Source: Armatimonadota bacterium (GTDB lineage Bacteria > Armatimonadota > UBA10988). Taken from it: a DNA stretch of 64,000 nt. Below the pieces are notes generated by a model. It worked only from the letters and a program-made list of their open reading frames with translations. It had not been told where the DNA came from and did not search any database. Both the position numbers and the translations under genes were made by a program. Positions 47,346-54,810 of this stretch are shown in pieces. Position 1 is the first letter of the stretch; each line of letters opens with the position of its first letter. The stretch is taken from positions 12,237-76,236 of the forward strand of contig JACRKZ010000166.1 in the NCBI GenBank assembly GCA_016235455.1, given 5' to 3'.

Positions 47346-50297
47346 TTAGGTGGTGGGTTGCCACCAAAGCGACTCCCAGTAGCGTCGCTCAACTGCGTAT
47401 GGATCAATGGGCTCGCCATCGGTTCGTCCGGGCGCCAGGATGCCATAGCGTTGCATCTCGCGAACCCAGGCTGCACGGGGCTGGAAACCCGGCATGTCGA
47501 ACCGCCGGATGGTGTTGAGCTGAGTGGAGGCCGCCTGCACCATGGCCAGGATGGCCTGGTAGTCGGTGTCGTCGGTGCTGGGCAGTACCGCCTGGCCGCA
47601 GCGTTGCCAGCCGCCCGCCGCCTTGGCCAGCGGCGCCAGCAGCAGCGCCGACTGGGCCGGTTCGGTGAGGTCGTAGAGCAAGTGGCGCGCGAAGCGACGG
47701 CGCGGGTCGTTGGGGCCCATGTCCTCCCACGGGGGGCCGGTGATCTCGTCGGTGGCCGATTGGGGCAAGGCCTTGGCGCCGGTGTGGCAGCTGTTGCAGC
47801 GGCGCCCGAGCGCTGCCATGCCGGCCTTCGTGACGGGCTGCTGCAGGTCGGCGCGGTCCAGGTTGTTCTGGGCGTAGCCGCCGATCATGCCGCAACCCAG
47901 CGCGGCGTAAGTGCCTGGGTGCGGTGCGCCGACCTCTATCCAGAGGCGCACGGTACGTCGTTCCTGGTCGGTCAGGCGCACGCCGTGGTGGGCCTCGGTG
48001 AGCTTGGCCATGAGCGGGCTGGCGCTGCTGCCGAGCTTGCGCGGCGGGTAGTTGCTGATCGGCCGGTTGCGTCCGTCGGCCACCTGACTGCGCGCGGTCA
48101 GCGCGAAGTAGCTGAGGGTGAACAGCGGGCCGCGATGGTTGATCAGGTTGACGTCGCCGTCACGGCGCTGCGGGTTGTGGCAACTCACGCAGTGGCGGTC
48201 CCAGATGGGTTGGATGTCGCGCGGGTAGTCCAGCACGTCGGGCACGTCGCTGATCGGCGTGATGGCCGACGGCGCGCGCATCACGGCCGCGGGCATGGCC
48301 GTCGCCGTCCGTGGCGGTGCCTTGGTGCGGTGCTCGTGGCAGCCGACGCAGCCCAACGTCTCGCCCGGCTGCACGGTGGCGAAGCTCTGCATGCGCTTGA
48401 CGGCCAGATCGTCCTGGTCGAGTGCGACGAAGATCAGGCTGCGTAGCGCCGGCGCCTCGAAGTAGGCGGAGCCGTCGGGCTCGACGGGCACGGTGCCCAG
48501 CACGCGTTCCAGGGTGAACGTGCCGCCGTAGCTCAACGGCTCCATGCCGCCGGTGAAGTTGACCGGCTTGGGCAGGCTTTCGAGCACCAGCAGCTTCTTG
48601 ATCTCGCCGCGCGTCACGCCCTCCATGTTGCGGCCCAGGTGCACGTCCTGGAGCATGAAGCGGCCGGTAGTGCGGGCCAGTTCGGCGCGCGCGGGAATGA
48701 CCCGCTCGCGCCCGCGGACGATCACCGGACGCGGCTCGTTGAGCCAGTAGCCTGCCTGCTGGTCGGCCGCGGGCAAGGCGAACAACTCGGCGGTGCGGCC
48801 GCGCTCGTCGCACAGCATCAGCGAACTGCCGCGCGCGGCCATGATGGTGTCTTCGCCAAACGCCCACGGGTCGCGGAAGTCATCGCCGCGGGTCAGCGCG
48901 CGGGCCGAGCGGTTCTGGTCGGGCCCGGCCTTGGGGTCGATGATGCCGATGCGACCCTCGTGTTCGGTCTTGCCGTGGCCGGGCGAGAAGCTGGCCACGA
49001 TCTTGTGGCTGCCGGGGATGGGTTTGGCGTCGATGAACACGTCGCCGGCGCGCTGGTTGCCGAACCACACCTCCTGCACCGTGCCGTCGGGGTAGGCCGA
49101 CCACAGGTGGTGGTAGTGCACCTGGCTGCGATCGACATACTCCCAGCGCGTGTAGAGAATGCGGCCGTCGGGCATGACCCAGGGCGTGTTGTCGTGCTCG
49201 TTGTTGCTCGATATCGGCCGCAGATTCGTGCCGTCGGCATCGCAGCGGTAGAGAATCGCCACCTGCGTCAGCCAGCAGTTCACCCACCGCTTGCAGCGCG
49301 TGGAGACGAACACGATGCCGCCGTCGGGCAGGTAGGCGGGTTCGATATCGTCCCAGTCGCCGGTGGTGATCGGGCGCACGGAACGATCGGCCAACGTCAT
49401 CTCGTACAGGTTGTAGTGGTCGCTGGTGCCGCGGCGCCAGCTGAACAGCATCTTCTGGCCGTCGTAGCTGACCTGCGGGTCGCGCAGGCCGCCCTGCGGG
49501 TCGTCCAGCAGCGTCTCCAGCGCCTTGGTGCGCAGATTGAGCCGGCACAGCCGCCCGCCAGGTCGGTAGAGCTTGGCCGCGCTGTCGGCCGCGTAGTACG
49601 AGAAGTTGGCGTACCAGTGCTCGCCGACAGGCTTGCGTAGTGCAAAGACCACCGAGTCCACGGGCGCCATGGTGCCCGTCAGCGCGCGCTCCACCAGATC
49701 CCCCGAGCCGCCGTTGACGGCCGGCGCCGCCTGCTCGGCGCTCAGCAGCAGGTAGTCGTAGATGATCCAACTGCCGTCGTCCATCGTTACGGTCAGTTCG
49801 TTCGTCCCGGCCTTGGCCCCGCCGGCCGCCACGGGCACGGCCAGGTCGCTAGGCTCGCTGAGTAGGAATGGATCGAAGGCCAGTTCGGTGCCGTTCTTCG
49901 CCGGCAGGCGCTGCTCGAGCAGCTTGTTGCCGTTGATCGCGATGCGGATCAGGCTCGGTTCCCAGCTGGCCAGGTAGCCCAGGTGCAGCCACAGCGGTCT
50001 GGTCGGCGCGTCCTTCAAATTGAAGCGCAGCGTGAAGGTCTGCGGCTTCCCGCCGGCCCAGCTATCGTGCGTGCTGGGGTGGATGTAGGGCCAATCGGTC
50101 AGCTTGCTCTGGCCGAGCGTGACCACCACCGGCTGCCGGTACGTTTCCGCGTAGCCGGTCCAGGTGCGGTCACACAGCCCAAACTCCGCGCACGACCCGT
50201 CGGGCGTGCCCAGTTGCATGAGCGGCGCCTCCGCGGCCACCAGCCGCCCAGCGATCAGCACGACCAGCCACCAACGCAGTGATCTCAACCAATTCAT
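47346..50297 (-). CDS. Secreted HzsA-related tri-haem c propeller protein with N-terminal PL4 domain-III-like (CBM-like) module
   Basis: Signal peptide; QLGTPDGSCAEF..DWPYIHP..DSWAGG..GSWIIYDYL; YLPDGGIVFVSTR; DGRILYTRWEYVDR; LGTVPVEPDGSAYF..AVKRMQSF..PGETLGCVGCH; CVSCH; CNSCH. Confidence 0.87.
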   Translation of the reverse strand: MNWLRSLRWWLVVLIAGRLVAAEAPLMQLGTPDGSCAEFGLCDRTWTGYAETYRQPVVVTLGQSKLTDWPYIHPSTHDSWAGGKPQTFTLRFNLKDAPTRPLWLHLGYLASWEPSLIRIAINGNKLLEQRLPAKNGTELAFDPFLLSEPSDLAVPVAAGGAKAGTNELTVTMDDGSWIIYDYLLLSAEQAAPAVNGGSGDLVERALTGTMAPVDSVVFALRKPVGEHWYANFSYYAADSAAKLYRPGGRLCRLNLRTKALETLLDDPQGGLRDPQVSYDGQKMLFSWRRGTSDHYNLYEMTLADRSVRPITTGDWDDIEPAYLPDGGIVFVSTRCKRWVNCWLTQVAILYRCDADGTNLRPISSNNEHDNTPWVMPDGRILYTRWEYVDRSQVHYHHLWSAYPDGTVQEVWFGNQRAGDVFIDAKPIPGSHKIVASFSPGHGKTEHEGRIGIIDPKAGPDQNRSARALTRGDDFRDPWAFGEDTIMAARGSSLMLCDERGRTAELFALPAADQQAGYWLNEPRPVIVRGRERVIPARAELARTTGRFMLQDVHLGRNMEGVTRGEIKKLLVLESLPKPVNFTGGMEPLSYGGTFTLERVLGTVPVEPDGSAYFEAPALRSLIFVALDQDDLAVKRMQSFATVQPGETLGCVGCHEHRTKAPPRTATAMPAAVMRAPSAITPISDVPDVLDYPRDIQPIWDRHCVSCHNPQRRDGDVNLINHRGPLFTLSYFALTARSQVADGRNRPISNYPPRKLGSSASPLMAKLTEAHHGVRLTDQERRTVRLWIEVGAPHPGTYAALGCGMIGGYAQNNLDRADLQQPVTKAGMAALGRRCNSCHTGAKALPQSATDEITGPPWEDMGPNDPRRRFARHLLYDLTEPAQSALLLAPLAKAAGGWQRCGQAVLPSTDDTDYQAILAMVQAASTQLNTIRRFDMPGFQPRAAWVREMQRYGILAPGRTDGEPIDPYAVERRYWESLWWQPTT

Positions 50298-50432
50298 CCG
50301 ATATCTGCCTGCTAGACCCTGGGTGTTTCGACGCCCATCCTGGGTTCCTTGTTGTCACACCTTCATCGCAAACGATCAATGTGAAAAAGGAGTTGGGCGC
50401 CTGAGCGCCAACCTCCGGTGCGGGAGCTGATC

Positions 50433-53400
50433 ATGAAGGTGTTGCGCGCGATGCTGCTGGGCGCCGGGCTGGTCACGGCCTGTGCGGCGGAACCGAACAC
50501 GCCCGCCGAGCTGGCCATTCTGCCGACGGTGCTGCGGCCGGCGGCGAAGGTGCCGCCGTTGGGACCCAACAACTGGGGCGGCTGTGGCGCGGTGGAGTGG
50601 GCGGCCAACAACTTCGTCCGCAACGCGGGCAACGAGCCGGTCTACTGGCGCAACCTGCACCGCGCGGCGCGCGTGGGTCCGAACTGGTTCGAGATCGACG
50701 GACCAGGCACGAGTTGGTGGGACTTGTGGGCCAGCGGCTTCCTCAGTGGCGCCGACCTGCGCATCTACCGCCTGGTGGACGCCAAGGGCCAGCCGGTACC
50801 GGCGCAGGGCGACTACCTCGACACGGCGGCGGCAGCCCGCGCGCAGTTCGTGGGTAACGGCCGCATTGTGCCCGAGGGCGACCCGAACCTGCCCGACGGA
50901 GGCTGGGTGGCCAACCAGTATGCGGATGTGAGCCCCAACGCCTGGATCCGGCATCGCAACCTCAGCGCCACGGACGCGAGTTGGTTCGCGCCGGGCCGGG
51001 CGGTGTGGTACGCCGTGGTGGCGGTCAGCGCCGACGGCAAGGAATCCGAGCTGTCGGGCGAGGTCAGCGCCACGCCCACCGCCGGGGGCAACCCGCCGCC
51101 GAGGCTGCTGGTCTCAAGCGGCGACGACAAGACTCCCGACTGCGCCACCGGCCAGGACTTCCGGCTGGCGACCAAGGTCTACGGCGGCAAGGCGCCGCTT
51201 CGCTATACCGCCACGCTGCCGCCTGGGCTGAGCATCGATGCGGGCGGCGTGATCAGCGGTAAGCCCACGGGCGAGGTCAAGGGCTTCGCCGCCAAGGTGA
51301 CCGTGACCGACGCGGACGGCCGTTCGGACCAGCGCACCTGGCTGCTGGCCGCGCCGGGCCCGGCCGGGGCCGGCAAGCCCGAGCCGCCCAGCAACGTCAA
51401 GGCGGTGGCCGGCGACGGCTTCGTCACGCTGTCGTGGACGGCCAGCCCTTCGCCCAACGTGGTGGCCTACCGGCTCAAGCGCTCGACGGCGCCCAAGGCC
51501 CAGCAGGTGCAGCGCGTCTATGTGACGGCGGACACCCCCAAGCTGCTGCCGTGGGACTACATCGTGCTCAGCAAGCGCTTCGGCAACTTCGACATGAAGT
51601 ATGTGAACACGCGCGTGCGCGGGATTGACGGCAACTTCGACCGCCCCGCGTGGTACTGGGACAAGGGGCAGAGCAAGGTCAAGATGGGCTTGGCGCCACA
51701 TGGCGGCAAACTGCCAGCCGACTTCGTCGACCCCGGCGAGACCTGCCTCAAGGTGGTGGCCGAGGCGGGCGAGCAGAGCATCCGCCAGATCGTCTTCATC
51801 GACAACAACAAGGGTGGCGAATCGCTGTGGTACGGCCAGTTCGAGCCGGGCCGGCACTACCGCCTCGAGGTGTGGATGAAGGCCGAGGGCCTGGCCGACC
51901 CGACGGTGCGCTTCGGCTATGGCACCCAGTACCCCGAGGCAGCCAAGTCGTTCCAGCTCACGGGTGAGTGGCGCAAGTACACGCATGAATGGGATGCTGG
52001 TGAGCGGCCGACCAACACCTGGCATTTCGGCCACACCTTCACCTTCAGCGGGCCGGGGACGCTGTACCTGGACAACGCGCGTATCTATCGCTGCGACCAG
52101 CCGACCGACGCGGCCAAGCCGTATGTGCCGGGCCGCACGGTGCTCGACGAGCTGCTGGCCAGCCAGCCGGCGACCGGCGGCAAGTCGGCGCACCGCATCT
52201 GGTTCCTGGATCGCGATGCCACCATGGACTCCATCCTGAGCTGGCATGCCAACGCCAAAGTGCAGCCCAACTGGCGCACCGCGGTCGAGGGCACCATGGA
52301 GATGACGCTGCCCATGGGCCTGGCCTTCGACCTGGCAACTGGCGACTCCCCGGCCAATCGTTGCCGGCCCTGGCTGGTGCTGCAACATGTGTTGCACTCC
52401 GAGGCCGACTGGCAGGCGCTGGTCGAGTATCTGGCGGCACCTTACGACCCGGCCAAGGACAGTGCTCGGACCAAGCCGTGGGCAGCCCGCCGCGCGGCAC
52501 AGAAGGGCGACAACCGCCCGTGGACCGACGAGTTCGCCAGCATTACCATCGAGTTCGGCAACGAGACGTGGCACAACGGTGCCTTCGACGACTGGCTGGG
52601 CTTCAACCGCCGCAACGCCATCCACCAAGGCGGACGTGAGTATGGGCTGTTCTGTCAGTATCTCATTGATGGCATGAAGAAGAGCCCGTACTGGCAGGCG
52701 GCCAGCCTGGATACGAAGATCCGCTTCAACCTGGGCGCCAACTACGACACGCGGGTTGAGGGCGAGAAGGTCCGCGGCTACGGCGAGGAGGCCATGGCGG
52801 CCTGCCCCAGCGCTCACCAGGTGGGCCACGCCAACTACGTCGGGCCAAAATGGGAGACGGGCGACTACTCGGCGCGCACCTGGGACGACCACGGTGTGCA
52901 GGAGTGCCTGCTGAGCTTCCTGACCGGTCCGCTGCGCAGCCAGCAGAGCATGGCCCGCGGCCATGACGTGCTGGCTAGGCAGCGACCCGACTACGATATC
53001 GCCGCCTACGAAGGCGGGCCCGGTGGCTACGCCCTGCCCGGCCAGGCGCCGCCCGAGCAGGTGGAGACCAACGAGCGTTACGGCAAGTCGTTGGCCCAGG
53101 CGGTGGGCGCGTTCGATGCCTGGATGGGCAGCTATGCTCTGGGTTGGACTGACCAGTGCTTCCTGGGCTACGGCCAGGGCAACCACTGGAACAGTCACAC
53201 GACGTTCGCCAACGGGTTTGTCCCGACGCCGGCCTGGCAGGCGCTGGCACTGCGCAACCGCGTCGGCGCGGGTGACCTGATGACCGTCGAAGCGCGCGCG
53301 GTGCCAACCATCGAGCGCGGCAAGGACAGCTACCCGCTGATCGGCGGCTATGCCATGCGTGACGGCACGCGCTGGACGGTGTTCGTCGTCTCGCGCAAGC

Positions 53401-53651
53401 TGGATGGCAACCACGACAAGGTGGACTTCGGCGACGGCACGACGCCGGTGACGCTACGTCTGCCGTTCGCGCGCGCGGCGAAGGTCACGCTGCACACGCT
53501 GACCGGGAACCCGCGGCTGACGAATCGCGATAAGCTGAACATCGCGCCCGCCACCCGCGAGGTGCCGCCGGGCGAACTGAGCGGCGGCGTGCTGAAGCTG
53601 GTCATGCCGCCAGGCTCGATCTATGCCTACGTCTTCGATCGAACGGAGTAG
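50433..53651 (+). CDS. Large secreted modular clan-A-like glycoside hydrolase (FN3/Ig/CBM-like inserts; GH51/GH44-like core)
   Basis: Signal peptide; He_PIG-like GGKAPLRY..LPPGLSID..GVISGKPT; CBM-like YRLEVWMK..WRKY..LYLDN; IEFGNETW and AAYEGG; C-terminal beta-sandwich. Confidence 0.65.
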   Translation: MKVLRAMLLGAGLVTACAAEPNTPAELAILPTVLRPAAKVPPLGPNNWGGCGAVEWAANNFVRNAGNEPVYWRNLHRAARVGPNWFEIDGPGTSWWDLWASGFLSGADLRIYRLVDAKGQPVPAQGDYLDTAAAARAQFVGNGRIVPEGDPNLPDGGWVANQYADVSPNAWIRHRNLSATDASWFAPGRAVWYAVVAVSADGKESELSGEVSATPTAGGNPPPRLLVSSGDDKTPDCATGQDFRLATKVYGGKAPLRYTATLPPGLSIDAGGVISGKPTGEVKGFAAKVTVTDADGRSDQRTWLLAAPGPAGAGKPEPPSNVKAVAGDGFVTLSWTASPSPNVVAYRLKRSTAPKAQQVQRVYVTADTPKLLPWDYIVLSKRFGNFDMKYVNTRVRGIDGNFDRPAWYWDKGQSKVKMGLAPHGGKLPADFVDPGETCLKVVAEAGEQSIRQIVFIDNNKGGESLWYGQFEPGRHYRLEVWMKAEGLADPTVRFGYGTQYPEAAKSFQLTGEWRKYTHEWDAGERPTNTWHFGHTFTFSGPGTLYLDNARIYRCDQPTDAAKPYVPGRTVLDELLASQPATGGKSAHRIWFLDRDATMDSILSWHANAKVQPNWRTAVEGTMEMTLPMGLAFDLATGDSPANRCRPWLVLQHVLHSEADWQALVEYLAAPYDPAKDSARTKPWAARRAAQKGDNRPWTDEFASITIEFGNETWHNGAFDDWLGFNRRNAIHQGGREYGLFCQYLIDGMKKSPYWQAASLDTKIRFNLGANYDTRVEGEKVRGYGEEAMAACPSAHQVGHANYVGPKWETGDYSARTWDDHGVQECLLSFLTGPLRSQQSMARGHDVLARQRPDYDIAAYEGGPGGYALPGQAPPEQVETNERYGKSLAQAVGAFDAWMGSYALGWTDQCFLGYGQGNHWNSHTTFANGFVPTPAWQALALRNRVGAGDLMTVEARAVPTIERGKDSYPLIGGYAMRDGTRWTVFVVSRKLDGNHDKVDFGDGTTPVTLRLPFARAAKVTLHTLTGNPRLTNRDKLNIAPATREVPPGELSGGVLKLVMPPGSIYAYVFDRTE

Positions 53652-53654
53652 CGA

Positions 53655-54797
53655 TTGCGCCTGAACCGCAGAATGCAGGTCGTCGACGGTGAGCCGGACG
53701 TGGTCGCCTCGCATGTGGCCGTGCGCCTGGCCCACCTGGGCGACGAGGTCGAGCCGGTCTCGGCGACCGAGTTCGTCTGGCGCCCGCAGACCGCGGAACG
53801 CCGCCTGTTCGGCGGGCCGAAGAGCGTGCGCGTGCGCGTCCTGCCCGACACCGCGGGCCAGTCGGCGGTGGTGCTCGAGTGGCGCGGCGGTGGGCGTGCG
53901 CTATCGCATTGGGCAGCCTGGGCGCTGGTTTCGGCGTTGGGCATCGCCTGCCTCAACGCCGTTCCCGGCGGCTGGCCGTGGTGGAAGCAGATCATGGCGC
54001 TGTGGCCCGCGGTCGCCGGCTGGGACGTGACGCGCTTTCTGCGGTCGGGCTGGCTGGCTCGGCTGGAGCGGCAGGTTGGCGCCACCTCGACCGAGGCGTT
54101 TGCCAACGCGCCCACCACCGACCGCTGGCTGACGCTGGACGCTGAGCAGCGCGTGGTGGCGCTCGGCTGGCTGCGGCAGCAGGCGTCGTCGGGCACGGCC
54201 GACCTCATGTCGGTCGACCGGCGTAGCGCGGTGACACTGTGGGGCTGGCCGCTGTGGCATGTGGCTGCGGGGCCGGACCGCGTGACGGGCCGCATGCGCG
54301 AGGCGCGCGGTTGGTATGCGCGCGGCCAGTTCGCCATGGGGCTGGTGGCCGTGGGCCAGGTGGCGCGCGGCTGGCTGGCCGTGGGGCAGGCGGCGTCGGG
54401 CCTGGTGGCCATGGGCCAACTGGCCGTGGGCTACTTCGCCGCGCTGGGTCAGGCGGCGTGCAGCACCTTGGTGGCCGTAGGACAAGCGGGCATCGGCCTG
54501 ATCGGCATCGGCATGGTGGCGCTGGGCTTGTGGATCGTGGCGGGCTTCCCAACCACGGTCGACATTCCCGGCTGGGTGGCTGGCCTTTGTGCCGCCGTGG
54601 TGCCCGTGCTCACGGTCATCGGCCTGGCCGGCGCCAAGATGGCGCTGTCCAGTGCGGAACGGCGCGAGCTCGAGGCGCGCCTGGAGGCTGCCGGCGCGGG
54701 TTCGGCGGTGGCTGATGAGGCGTCGCTGTCGCCGGCGCAACGCATGGCCGGTGACGACGCCGAGCGGGGCATCTCGCAGGTGGACACGCAAGCGTGA
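53655..54797 (+). CDS. Membrane protein with Gly/Ala-rich AxG(Q) repeats
   Basis: LWGWPLWHVA..ARGWYARGQFAMGLVAVGQVARGWLAVGQAASGLVAMGQLAVG; TTG start after GGAG. Confidence 0.7.
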   Translation: MRLNRRMQVVDGEPDVVASHVAVRLAHLGDEVEPVSATEFVWRPQTAERRLFGGPKSVRVRVLPDTAGQSAVVLEWRGGGRALSHWAAWALVSALGIACLNAVPGGWPWWKQIMALWPAVAGWDVTRFLRSGWLARLERQVGATSTEAFANAPTTDRWLTLDAEQRVVALGWLRQQASSGTADLMSVDRRSAVTLWGWPLWHVAAGPDRVTGRMREARGWYARGQFAMGLVAVGQVARGWLAVGQAASGLVAMGQLAVGYFAALGQAACSTLVAVGQAGIGLIGIGMVALGLWIVAGFPTTVDIPGWVAGLCAAVVPVLTVIGLAGAKMALSSAERRELEARLEAAGAGSAVADEASLSPAQRMAGDDAERGISQVDTQA

Positions 54798-54810
54798 TGC
54801 GGGCGCCAGC

